Assembly: GCA_964106645.2 (NCBI GenBank)
Contig: OZ067041.1
Strand: one strand, 5' to 3'
Source: Podarcis pityusensis
Lineage: Eukaryota
DNA: 64,000 bases
In this document: piece by piece, positions 37,849 to 50,321 of the stretch
Layout of the letters: each line of letters begins with the position of its first letter
Position numbering within the stretch: the stretch's first letter is position 1
Translations under genes and position numbers: made by a program
The notes under the pieces: generated by a model
What the model saw: the letters and a program-made list of their open reading frames with translations, nothing else
What the model was told of the DNA's origin: nothing
Database searches by the model: none

Positions 37849-38272
37849 CAAAAGTAACAAAGAGGCATGTGTTACTTTAAAACTAAGGTTGCAATCTGGA
37901 AACCACAGACAGTGCAATTTTAAGGTGGAAAGGTGAAATACAAAGCAGTCTATTGCCTTATCCAAAGCCATACTGCACTGAAGCTGGGAAGGTGGAAGGG
38001 TGTGTGGAGGGATGTGTGGTGGTTGTTTTGGTTTTTTAAAAAAACCCCACATAATTTTTATTAAAGATTTTCTTGGTTTACAAAAGTACGTGCATTATCT
38101 CTTTTTTCAGGTTGTAGACACTTTTCTACAGATCATTTACATTTGATGTAAGACATTGTTGTATACAGAATAAGGATGGGGAAGAAGAAGAAGAAAAAGG
38201 GGGGCGAGGGTGTTGGGGTGGTAAAACAGATTTTTTTTACTTAGTGTGTGTCGGGGGGAGGTTATGTGAATG

Positions 38273-39048
38273 CAGATCCTTCAAGTCCCTATTTTCGAGG
38301 GACGTCCCTGATTTAGAGAAGCTGTCCTGGTTTCTTTTCCTGGAATGCCCTGCTTTTCCTTAGGTTGTCCCTATTGTCATTGGAGAAATGTTGGATGGTA
38401 TGGCGTTATCCAACCCCCAAGCCATCTGAAGGCAATCCTGTAAAGAGAACTTTTTTAAAATGTTTGTTTTTTTATTATGCTTTTGTATATGTTGGAAGCT
38501 GCCCAGAGTGCTGGGGCAACCCCATAAGATGTGTGGGGTATAAATAGTAAAATTATCATTATGGAATGGGATGTCCCTATGTAGTGGTTCTAGGGGTTGC
38601 TCGTGCGTAAGCCGGTGCAAACACCTGGCTGGGTTGCCTGAGTGAACCTTTTCTGTCCGGACAGCCACTCACCCGTGGCTGTCTCAATCACTGGCAGAAT
38701 CCGTCAGTGGGCGTTTCTTAAACTTCTTCCAGCAAAGAAGCTCTTTGACGCCTAGTCGCCTCCTACTCTCTCTGCGCGAAAGCCTTCTGTGCAAGGAGGG
38801 CGTAGGCAGAGGAGGACCCCTACTCTCCCCGCTGGTCCCCGGCAAGGAGTCATGGGACCGCCTCGCCGCTTCCCCCATCTGCCCCCCTTCTCCACTGGTG
38901 CTACGCTGATTCTCTTCCCCAGAAGATGGGCTGCCTCTCCCAATCCCGGGACGCTCTCTGGAATCCCTCTGGATCTTGCTCTCTCCCTCCGGCACTGATG
39001 GCAGTTCCCTGACACCCTATTTTCATTGAAGAAATGTTGGAGGGTATG
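38273..39048 (+). mobile_element. Non-autonomous DNA element (same family as 2716-3061) with an internal L2 end and a nested solo LTR
   Basis: AAGTCCCTATTTT...GAAATGTTGGAGGGTATG terminus; internal L2-like segment at 38421-38562. Confidence 0.6.
38580..39014. mobile_element. Probable solo LTR (Gypsy/ERV type)
   Basis: 435 bp, TGT...ACA termini, 5-bp TSD CCCTA at 38575-38579 and 39015-39019, GC/CpG-rich. Confidence 0.65.
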
Positions 39049-39439
39049 TCTGCCTCACTTGGGTAGGTTCTCTTTCTATTTGTTATATTTTTTTTGATAA
39101 TGAGAGAGGTTGTGGGGCTGGGCATGGTTGGTTGTTTTTAGTTGGCTGCAGTAAGATTTGTTTGTATGTGTGAAAGGGGGGGTATTGTTGGGTCAAGTTA
39201 GCCATATTGATTTGTATGCTATCGGTAGGTTCTTGTTGTTGTCCTGTTGGGCTGTGTATAAAGGGGAGCCAAACCAGGGTGGAGGAATGCATTGTTGATT
39301 AAAATGGTGCAAAGTGTGATATGGGAACAGTGAGTAGCGGAAGAGAGGAAGGACATGTTGGCCCAGGGTTCTTCCCTCTCCTCTTGCACTCCGCTCAAAG
39401 CAGGAAAAGAAAGCTATCATGGCATTCTGCAACTTACCT

Positions 39440-39720
39440 GGATAGTTGAAGCCAGAGTATTCAGATGAGGAAAATAACACTCTTCTTACTTGTGTGCCTA
39501 GTCATTGTCAGAACCTGCCATCTACCAGGTGGGAGTTTTCTTGGAAGAGGAAAGGAAGACTCCCAGACCATACTCCCCCTAACTGGCTCCCCCTAGTTGA
39601 GGACTCAATAATGTCCAGGCCTTGGAACCTGCTGGACTTGCCACATGCCTGGGCTCTTTCTGTGCTACAGAACATCCATGGCCATCTCCTGGAACTCAAG
39701 AACAAAGATGGCAATGATCT
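39440..39720 (+). mobile_element. Possible old L1/Tx1 ORF2 C-terminal fragment
   Basis: Weak translated resemblance (W-K-..-P-P-N-W-L) only. Confidence 0.3.
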
Positions 39721-40439
39721 CAGATGAACCTCAGCATGAGATGGTAGAACAGGAGGCGTCTCTTCACCCAACCAGGCTCCTAAGGGCCAAAAGTGTTTCC
39801 AATACCAGGGCCTCCTATGATGTACCAGGAAAGGTAGCACTGCAAGGTCTGCCATAAGACCTTGTAGGTGATTGGCGGCTGCTGCTGCAACATCCTTTGT
39901 TCCTTGGACTATGTCTCAAATCCTCTGTTGTTTCAGCGATCCTGTTCAGGACTTTGATTCCAGTGCTGGCTTACTTTCCTAGATGGAAGCCCTTCACCTC
40001 AACCTCACTTTCAACCCTGTGACTCCAGACCTACCTTTTTCTGCATATCCTCCAACATGTTGAGGTGAAAGACTGGGATGTGTGTCTTCTGGGCTGTGCT
40101 TCTGCTTGAGTCATGTGGGAGTCAAAATGGCTGCGGTGCTCAGACGTGAAAAAAACAGGATGTCCCAGTTTGCTGGGACAGTTGAGTGATATGTTCCTGT
40201 GCCAGGGAAATATGACCCTTTCAGCTCCCCACCTGCACTCAAAATCTCAATGAAAGCATGAGAAGGAAGTGTGATTGAAAGGGGGACATCCGTAGTGGCT
40301 GCTGCAGAAATAAGAGGGAATGGGGAACTCTGCTTCTCTTAACCCATTTGGATTGGATTTTTATTAATAACATGCAAATCTGATTTGCATAATCTAACCT
40401 GCGTATACTCAATATAGTCAGTAACTCTATTACCAGCAA

Positions 40440-40558
40440 TTAATTAATTTTATAATGAATGATTTTAGAGTGTTGTTTATGCTGTACTTTTATACTGTTT
40501 TATTGTTGTTAGCCGCCCTGAGCCCGGCTTCGGCTGGGGAGGGCGGGATATAAATAAA

Positions 40559-40598
<40 letters not shown>
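40440..40598 (+). mobile_element. L2 3' end with (TAT)n tail
   Basis: GTTAGCCGCCCTGAGCCCGGCTTCGGCTGGGGAGGGCGGGATATAAATAAA followed by (TAT)n. Confidence 0.8.
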
Positions 40599-40603
<5 letters not shown>

Positions 40604-41200
40604 TTCTTAGCAGTAAATCAATAGGGCCATACAAGGTATAAGAACATCAGCAACACCCAGAGCTTGACTTTCACTTAGTTTTCCATAAATTGGAAATCTG
40701 GGTATTGCTGATGTCTTTACAAATCCTTTATGGCTCTATTGATTAACTACCAAGAAATTGTGCAAGGTTTGTGCACACTTTCTTCTCTGTGGCAGTATTG
40801 GAGAGCTCACCTAATTAATTTTGGTTCCATCCTCATGGCAGTAAGGTAGCATTTACCAGCATGTCTCATTGCACTCTTAAGTCTGAACAAAGGAGAAGTC
40901 ATCTTCAAAAATCCATTGCAATTTGCTCTTAGGTCAATCCCTGCCTGTATTCTGAGCGGCATGAGGATTATAGCATTTCGCAAGCTATTCATTGCTTTGC
41001 ACAGTTAGGTCTAGAAGTCATCAAGCCAGGAGTTTTGTAGCTCAAGAACTGACACCCTACTGTCTGTGCCACTGGAACAGCAGGTTGGAGAAGAGAACTG
41101 AAGGCAGTTCAAAAGGGTACACTAGGAAAACACAAAACCTGATCTGCTCTTCAGATTCAAGTGGTACTAGGTAGCCATCCCATAGCACACAATAAAGCTC

Positions 41201-41280
41201 CCAGATTTGCTGCAGTGGATAATGTTGCTGAGGCTATGTACCAGATTTGCTGCAGTGGATAATGTTGCTGAGACTATACA
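41201..41280. repeat. 40-bp tandem duplication
   Basis: CCAGATTTGCTGCAGTGGATAATGTTGCTGAG(G/A)CTAT.. twice. Confidence 0.9.
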
Positions 41281-41359
41281 CGATCCAGGTACTTGCTGGC
41301 ACTAGAACCTGAGCTTCTGACATTCAGCATGCATTCAGAATGGAGTGATTGTTCATTCT

Positions 41360-41528
41360 ATCATTGGTTGCTAAATAATGTGCAGAGTGCCATTTTCTGC
41401 TGGGGATCATGGGGTTTGTAATCACTCCACTGTGGAGTATTTTCTCATTGGTGGTTCAATTATGCAAAGAGCATCATTTTCTGCTGGAGACCATGGGGCT
41501 TGTAGTCAGTCTCCTATGGAGCATTCTG
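41360..41528. repeat. ~85-bp diverged tandem duplication
   Basis: TCATTGGT...CATTTTCTGCTGG(G/A)GA(T/C)CATGGGG(T/C)TTGTA...TGGAG twice. Confidence 0.75.
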
Positions 41529-44500
41529 CCACCTGCCACCGCTTCTCCTTCTCCAAGGGATCCCCCCACTCTGGGGAGAGGAGGAGATAATTGGGGTAGC
41601 AGGGAAGTGGGCTGAGGTCCCTCCTGATCTCCTTCCTTGCACAGGAAGGAGAGAAGTAGCAGGGAAGAAGGACAGACCCATCTGGGTTTTGAGAACATCC
41701 CTTGCTTGCAGAGTTCAGGTGGGTTTGAAAGGCAAGCAAGAGTGGCATTGTGCCATCCCTAACATGTAGTAGAATTGCTAATGGCTGAGGCCATTTGTGG
41801 CTAAGACATTACAGTACTGTACTGTTTGTCCTTTATGCTAATCAAGGTGTTGCGAGTAGAGCAAAGAGGACAATTGCTAGGAATGAATGAAAGAATGTCT
41901 CTATTGAGCAGAATGAATCTGTCTAGCAATATTCCAGCAGGGAGCCTTGCAGGCAAAACATCTGATTGTGCCGTAAGAGCAGTATGTTTTACTCTTGAAT
42001 CTGGTGAAGTGTGAAGTGTAGGTTGTGGTAAAATTCAAATGTTTTCACATCAATCACTTGGAATCTAATTGTCTTTGGCGCTACATGTTTTGCTTAGTAC
42101 TGCCTTTAGCAAATAAATAGAAGGAAAGAGAGAGAAGCCTTAGGGGAAGCCTGTTCTCCCCACCCCACCCCCCACCCCGCCCTGGAAACTCAGAGGTTGT
42201 TCATTTTGCTTAAACCATTAATTCTGCTCAGATGTGTGTGTATATAATCCATCAATTTCATAGCCTGCCAGATATCTATTGCTACCTGAAGAAACATAAC
42301 CACATTGTGGTTTTGTGCTCTGAATGCATTTCTTAACAGCAGCTATCCCTGATATTTCTCTCTGTGTCTCCAAATATGTATAATAAATGAGTGTGTATTT
42401 TATTATTAAGCAGGCAGGTTAAAAAAAACCACGAACACCTTGGGTTAATGCATCAAAATAGCTTTGATTGCTAACTCTATTTTTTGTTTTATGTGCATAT
42501 CATTTTCTCATACATTTTCTCAGATCTGAAAGGCATTTAGGATGAACTTTGTAGAGCAGGGGAACATAGTGCATAGTACAATGAGGTTTGCTAGTACATG
42601 CTGGAAAAAATAAATTGAAAATAGCCTTATCAGCCCTGTTTCAGAGCTGATTGTAGGATAACCAGCCTCAAATAACCAAAATGCTTAAGCCCTATTAATG
42701 CATGAAGGGGTTAATGCCATCGAGTAAGCTGTCCTGCCAGGCTTAGCTAGGTCACATCCACTCACCTTAGGAGGAAGCAAGTCAAACCTATTGTTCCCTC
42801 AGTCTGCCATGTGAATTTTGGTGTGTAAAGAGATATGAGCTGGTTGCTCCAAGCTCAGTCCGCATGCTTCAACACTGAATGCCATTCTTATGTTGGGAAC
42901 TTTCACCACTGTGGAACTAGCCTATTTTTTGCTGTCTGTGTTTTCCGACTGCTGTATGGAAAAGCACATGAACCTGACCTTTAAGGAGTTTGTAAGTAAA
43001 CTATTTTAAACTTACCGAATGTCTTGTCTTTTTCTATACTAGGGAAAGAGGAGAGCTTTGAAAGGAACTTAAAAGGGGATATTTTAAAGGTCTAATAGCT
43101 TATATTTCCACACTTTACTTCATTGCATGTTTTGTGATTTTAGATCTCTGCCGGGGTTCTTTTACCAAAGCGTACTTGCCACAAACCTGGAAACTGACAT
43201 CCATTGAATTCTCCTTTTATACCTATTTTTTTCCTTGCCAAGCAACAAAGATTGCATGCATGGAGGATGCTGCCCTGTCTGGCGGCTGTTGCATCTAGGG
43301 ATGTAAGAAGGCATAATTTCCCATTCTATCCTGTGTTCATCACACACAGCACTGTTTCCGTACCACTGCAGTTTATCTGCCACCCAAACCCCACATTATT
43401 TGTCTTGTTGTCTGCTGTGGTGAAATTAACTTCTGCAATTTATGTAATTAATTATGAAAATTACATTGTTATTAAATTGTTCAACCCTATTCATTTCAGT
43501 GCAAATGAAATGCAATTCCAATTGGGAGGGACAGTAATCAATTATGTACTGTTTGAGGACTGAAAGCAACAGTGGCTACTGATCATATTGGCTGGATTGA
43601 TTTCCATTGCTGGGTACAGAACTCCTAGTAGGTATATACACAGACATTTGTGGTAGCAGTTAGTAGTGGGGTAATGGAGGTAACTCATGTGGCAACAACC
43701 TGCTGTATCTACAGATACCATTTGAGGCAACTGGTTCCCAGAGGCAGTTGCAAGAAGCACCTATTTGGTTGTGTTGAAATGTAGACACTGTATAATGAGA
43801 GAGGAAGAAAACTTTGAAAGTTTAAAAGTGACAGTGTCTTGCAGAGATACTTTTGCAAAGAGTTTTACTACTCACTCTGCAGTAATTAAGGTTATTTCCA
43901 TAGCAACCTTATCAGTTCAGCAGCAGAATGTTGAGATTTTGTGTGCACAATAGTGAGAGTGTTTTTCTAATTTTAGCACATTCATTGTGGGCCCCTATTC
44001 AGCGAAAACTTGGCATCTTCATGCGCTTGTGAGATGATGAAATAAAACTCTGTTTTGTTGCAGGGGGTTCCCTTCTTATACTGCAGTAGTTAAGATCAAA
44101 ATCTCATGCTTTTTCCAAAGTGTTTTCAAGTGTCATTAAGTTAGTGATATCTCAGGTGGACAAAGAGCTTTGTGTTTAAAGTCAGTTGCAGTGCTCAAAT
44201 TTACCTTGTGATTTCTGCTAGAGAAAGGCCCTTCTTTTCCAGTTTCTCATAATTTGGGGGAATACCACTTCTGCCCTTTAGCATGGGTGAATTTGCCGCA
44301 CACCCTTTCTAGGGAGAATACATGTTGATCTCTTCCACAAAGGATCATCACATGGGCACGAGTGCCCAATAGGAGAAAAGCATTCCAGCTGCTGTTGAAG
44401 TCTGCTCTGCGCTGCACTCTCTACTTCCCTCTTCTATTTTTCAGTGCCCTCCCTCTACAGTGTGGTGTTTTATTAGTTGCTCTTTCTTGGGGGCTGAGTA

Positions 44501-45195
44501 GGAATTTAGTGGGATGCCATGGAATGCAGCTATTTACATGCCCATGGGAGTAGAAGGGTGTGTCTCTCTTATATGCCAATTCAAACCCACCTGCCAGTAC
44601 TTAACATAACATGGCAGATCTTCTGTTGTTATATTTGAACTTGTTGTCACCCAACTCATGCTGAGTTGATATACCCACATCCCCTTACCTTCCGTTACTT
44701 GACTCTCAACCTTTAAGCTGTTCTTAAATTGTACATATAATTGGAGAGACACCTTCATTGTTTAACTAACTGGGTCATCCTTTTCTCTGAAAAGAGTTGG
44801 GTGCATTATCAGTGTCTTAAAGAAGTGCCCCTTTTAAAATAAAAAACTACAGAAATATGGCAATATGGGAGTACAAGGCCAATGTAGCATGCACGGAATA
44901 GCATCTGCAGCATAATTTTTGTTGCTAAGGAATTCTGGAGATACAAGAATAGCTAATGTATTCATAAAAAGGCATGAAATTGTAGTGGATTGTAAATAAT
45001 GTATGGTCTTCAGTGAGTGGAAAGCAAAGTACCTTAAAAGTATGGAGGACCCAAATGGACAGTTATTTCATTTTGCTGCAAATATTTTTTGGGATGTGAC
45101 GGTACAATTCAGCAGCAGGATGTAAAAGGATTTTATTTGTCTTTTAATAGAGTGCCTTAGTTAATTTGGTTGTCATGGTCTCTAGAGATTCTGTT

Positions 45196-45200
<5 letters not shown>

Positions 45201-45234
<34 letters not shown>
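45201..45234. repeat. (TC)n microsatellite
   Basis: Seen directly. Confidence 0.95.
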
Positions 45235-45239
<5 letters not shown>

Positions 45240-46018
45240 CTTGGACAAGATAAAATAAATGTTTTGACTTACTTGTGTTTATCAGCAGTATTTTTTTAAA
45301 AGAAATCTTGGTTTGTCACTTACTACCATGGTTTAAACTTAAGCCTGCTGCTAGGAATCGGTTGATGTGTGAATTGTAATAAATTTAAATGTTAAATAAG
45401 GTTAATTGAATCTGGAGCCTTTATGTCTTTTTACCATGGAAGCTTTAGATTTGTCAGCATTTCAGCCATGTTTTAAGGTAAAAATTATTCTGTACACATG
45501 GTATTGCTATGTAACTGATTATGGTGTGAAATTCTATTGCTATTGTTCCAACCTGAAAGTGCAGAGGTGGGGGTGGGAGGAAGATGCTTAAATGTAGAAA
45601 GGGCAGCATAATCTCATCTCAATGGTCTCAGGTATCTCCACACCATGGACTGGTTCACACATGCTTCTTAATCATTTGACCAATACAGCATCTAGTGATA
45701 ACTCACATATATGTGTGGGACATCAGAGACCATAGGTAGAACTTTTGTATTGGCCCCTCTCAGGCATTATAAAAAAGAAACTGTGTTGGTTGGTGCAGAG
45801 TCATCCACACTAACCACAGTTCCTCCACTCCACCTTGCTGCATTCCACTGTACCTGAGGGAAACTTGTGAGTTTACAAACATTCCAGCCAAGCAGACAGG
45901 ACCATGGACAGCTCCATGTAGAGCTAGCTGAAACCAGCTCTTCAGTACAGGAGGCTAGGATGTTGCTCCAACAAAAATCTGAAGCCAACTAGGTTTTAAG
46001 GAAGCTAAAGGGAGGGTA

Positions 46019-46626
46019 AAAAGGTACAGCGGTACCTCGGGTTACAAACGCTTCAGGTTACAGACACTTCAGGTTACAGACTCCGCTAATCCATAAATAG
46101 TACCTCGGGTTAAGAACTTTGCTTCAGGATGAGAACAGACATTGCATGATGGCAGCATGGCAGCAGCGGGAGGCCCCATTAGCTAAAGTGGTAGCTCAGG
46201 TTAAGAACAGTTTCAGGTTAAGAACGGACCTCCAGAATGAATTAAGTTCTTAACCCGAGGTACCACTGTAAAGGTAAAGGACCCCTGACAGTTAAGTCCA
46301 GTTGTGAACAACTCTGGGGTTGCGGCGCTTATCTCGCTTTACTGGCCGAGGGAGCCGACATTTGTCCGCAGACAGTTTTTCCGGGTCATGTCGCCAACAT
46401 GACTAAGCCGCTTCTGGCAAAACCAAAGCAGCACATGGAAACGCCATTTACCTTCCCGCCAGAGTGGTACATATTTATCTACTTGCACTTTGATGTGCTT
46501 TCGAACTGCTAGGTTGGCAGGAGCTGGGACCAAGCAACAGGAGCTCACCCCATCGTGGGGATTCGAACCTTCCGATTGGCAAGCCCTAGGCTCAGTGGTT
46601 TAGACCAGAGCGCCACCCGCGTCCCT
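46019..46626 (-). mobile_element. Sauria SINE with a Tc1/mariner MITE inserted in its tail
   Basis: Reverse complement of the Sauria SINE; TSD TA(A/G)AGGGAGGGTA at 46006-46018 and 46627-46639. Confidence 0.88.
46027..46268 (-). mobile_element. Tc1/mariner (Tigger-like) MITE
   Basis: TIRs CAGCGGTACCTCGGGTTA / TAACCCGAGGTACCACTG, TA TSD on both sides. Confidence 0.9.
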
Positions 46627-47102
46627 TAGAGGGAGGGTAGGTGGGGTCAAAAAAAAAGAGAAAAGCAAGGAAGAGTGAGCAGTAGGCTGTGTTGGCCTCT
46701 GGGTTTCTTCTCTCACAGAGATCCCTGGCTGTGAAGTTTATTTGGGGATGCCTCCTGCACACAGTTCCTTCCTTCTGTCCCCAAATCCTTCTCTGGTCAG
46801 ATGGGTCTGATTTCTGGTTCCCAGCAATTCATTCCTTTCCCAAAAGTCTCCTCTACCTCACCTTGCATGCTGATACTTACCTTTTGCTTCTCAGTAGCTC
46901 TGGTTTGGCTACATACGTATCATAACTCAGCAGCTTAATTTGGTCTTGGTTTATATCAGGGATGGGGAACATGGACTCCAACCCCCATGATACCCTCCTG
47001 CCTACCAAGGAATGAGGGGAGTACAAAGAAATCATAAATGAAAACAGAACTGGAAGAGAGAAAATATGATTCTGTGATTCCATACTTCTTTTTCACATCT
47101 TA

Positions 47103-47570
47103 AAGAACATAAGAGTCTGCTGGATCAGGCCAATGACACATCTAATCCAGCATCCTATTCTCACAGTGGCCATGCAGATGTCTACAGGGAACCGTCAAGC
47201 AGAACCCAAGCACAATAGCACTCTCCTCTCCTGTGGTTTTCAGCAGCTAGTATTCAAATGCATTACCGCCTCTGACTGTGGAAGCAGAGCAGAGCCACCC
47301 TGGCTAGCAATCACCAAAAGCCTTATCCTCCATGAATTTGTTGAATCCTCCTTTAAAGCCATCCCAGTTGGTAGCCATCACTGCCTTAAGGGGAGGGGTA
47401 ATTCCACATGTTAACTATGCACTGCATAGAAGAAGTCCTTTCTTTTATCCACCCTGAATTTTGCAACATTCAGCTTCTTTGAATGTCCACAGGTTCTAGT
47501 GTTATATGGGAGGGAGAAAAACTTTCACCTTTCTCCATGCCATGCATAATTTTATAAACTACTATCATGT
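47103..47570 (-). mobile_element. CR1 3' fragment
   Basis: AAGAACATAAGAGTCTGCTGGATCAGGCC...TCTCCATGCCATGCATAATTTTATA. Confidence 0.8.
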
Positions 47571-48039
47571 GAAACAAAGCAAAACAAAAGAGGCCAGCTG
47601 AATTTTTAATGGAAAGGAGCTCCAAGCATAAAGAGCCAAAAGGGAGAAATTACTGATATGAGAAATAGCTCAAGGGAGCAGAGGTTTAATAAGATTAGTG
47701 TTAGAAAAGGCTGAAATGGAATTTGAGGTGCAAGGAAGTGAGACAAATTCATGACGGATGGCTGATAGTCATTGTGGCTCTGCTACTTACCACAAGTATC
47801 ACAGGAAGTATGCTGTGGAATACCAGTTGCTGTGGAGCATGTGTGGAGAGTTTGGTTGTTCTCAGAACCTGCTTAAGGGCTTCTCATGAGGATGCTGGAT
47901 TAGACAAGGCTTTGGTCTGATTAGGGAAGGCTCTTCTTCTTTTTTTAGTTCAAGTAAAAGTTTACTAAGATCAGGGGCACCATCTGGAAAGGCCAAGCCC
48001 CGCCCCCATTTTTAAGGAGCGATTCAGCTCCCAAGTGTT

Positions 48040-48282
48040 CTGCAGCCTGCAGTGGGCCCTGCCGGTCTTTCCCAGATCTCCCTATGCCTTCCCGCAGCCG
48101 TGGCGGGCCTTACCAGGCCTCCCCGTAGCCATGGCAGGCCTCGTTGGCCCCATCTGGCCTACCTGTGGCCATAGCAGGCCTCACAGGGCCTTCCTGCAGT
48201 CACAGTGGGCTCCCTGTTACCACAACGGGCCCTGTCTGGCCTCTATGTGGTCACAGCGGGCCTCACAGCCTCCTCCGGCCAA
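48040..48282. repeat. GC-rich degenerate minisatellite, probably internal to a DNA element starting near 47971
   Basis: Repeated (G/T)AGCC(G/A)TGGC(G/A)GGCCT-like units. Confidence 0.55.
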
Positions 48283-50185
48283 GTGATATCACACCTGCAC
48301 TCTGCCCCGCCCCAAGTTGTGCAGAACCCAGTGCCTGTGACTAAGGTTGTGATTCTAGAAGAGGGAAGTTTTTTCTCTTGAGACTGTTCCATGGTCTTGG
48401 TTGCATAACATGACAAATGTGACAAAATGCACATTTATTATCTACGGGGGCTTACTTCCTCTGGAGCTCATGTACTTAGTGTAATTAACTTGTCTGGCTA
48501 GTGAAGATTACTATATATGCCTGAAAAGTCTCTCTTTCTACATGGTAGAGAGAATCTGATGAAGAAGGCTGAGAGCCAACACAGCCCTACAATAAGCAGG
48601 TGTCTCTGAATGATTCATTTGGTGTTGTGCCCACTTGCGATACAATAGGATAGAGACTTAGGGAATTTTGGCACTTCTCTTGGCTTCTTTTATGTGCAAA
48701 GCTTTCCGTCAGTTAAGATGAGATTAATATGTTGTGCTTTTTAGTTTCCTTCCCTCCTTATTGGAACAGTGTTCCAGAAAAAACTCCTTAATGTGTCATG
48801 AACAACAACGCTTTGGGTGTAGGCTGTCCAAAAACTACTTGTTATAAATCATAGTGGTTCCTTTCTTACATGGGACATACCTGGTGCATTGGATTCATGG
48901 TTTAGTAAAATCTAGCAAATAGCAATCAAATAATTTTTCTTGTCCTTTAAAACATTAGAAAAAATACAAAACAGGCAATAGGCAGTGTTCATTTTACATT
49001 TCAAGTTATAAATAGCATGAGAAAATCAAAGATGAGCAAAGATTGCTATTCCAGAGCTATTTGTGTGTTTTGTTTTTTCCCTTTCCCCCCTTCTTTTAAT
49101 ATTAGAAAACAATACTGAACTCAGAAGCAACTGTCTTCTATGCGCTGTTTTCGTTTAGACTACACATGTAACCCCCCCACCCCGGAAAGTAATCTGCAAC
49201 AAACTGGCTACATATCTTTAATTGAGGTTGAACTGTTGTCCATACAAAACAACCAGAAAAAAAATCAGCAAATACTTGTGTTGCTACTTTGCCACTACCT
49301 GCAATTAAGCTGCTGTTAATAATATGACATCTCCTCTAACTTTTGTCTTAAATGTATTTTTGAGAGACTGCTTGCAAGTGCTCCAGAGATTAAGAGGCTG
49401 GAGAAACACCACCATATTATGTAGTCTGCTTTATGTACATAATGCGTTCTGGATAGAATTGAGAAAAATAGTGGGCAGGGTGGGTGGGGAAGGAAGCCAA
49501 GGCTGTAAACTGTTAAGCTCAGGAGGAATTGAAAGGGGGCAGAGGAAACCCATGAAAACAGAACAGAACAAATGAAACCTGCTTGTCCCTAGTTTTGAAA
49601 AGGTTGTATCATTGCAATTAATGAGCATGGCTAAGCTAAGACCGTTCATTTCAGGGGGCCTACTCTAAGTAAAACTTAGTTAAATACCCCCTGTGCAGTC
49701 TAATGAGGAATCTGAGAGCCTTAGGGTGCCTTATTCTGATACCTGCAAGAAAGACCCTAGTAATTGCTCCCTCATCATCTGCTTTTCAGGCTGTGAGTGC
49801 CATTGCTTACGTAGTCAAAACAGGACAAGTCCCACACAAGAGGGAGGGAGATGTCAGCAGGCAGGGGGGAGCCTAAGGTTGAAAGAACTACAAAGAGCAC
49901 CATAGGGAACTAGAAAACCTAAGGGTGGGGAACCCAAAAAATGAGGACTTGAGAGTACTCAGTCACTATTGCTTGTTATGGTGGGAGATGTAAAACTCTG
50001 GAAAAGGGGAAAGGAGTGGAGTAGCTGGATTCCTGAACTGCACTAGTCCACACTGTAGCATTTTGTTGCAGGTCCCAGTTGTAAATAATAGATTTTGATG
50101 TTGCTATCTCTATCTCTTCAGTCAAGATAACAAACACAGGAACATAGGAAACTGCCATATCCATCTAGCTTAGCACTGTCTATAC

Positions 50186-50321
50186 CACTGTTTCCCAAAC
50201 TTGGGTCTCCAGTTGTTTTTGGACTACAATTCCCATCATCCCTGGCCACTGGTCCTGCTAGCTAGGGATAATGGAAGTTGTAGTCCAAAAACAGCTGGAG
50301 AACCAAGTTTGGGAAATACTG
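50186..50321. mobile_element. Palindromic hAT MITE inserted in a - strand Squam3-like SINE (50137-50412)
   Basis: TIRs CACTGTTTCCCAAACTTGG / CCAAGTTTGGGAAATACTG; TSD GTCTATAC / GTCTACAT. Confidence 0.8.
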
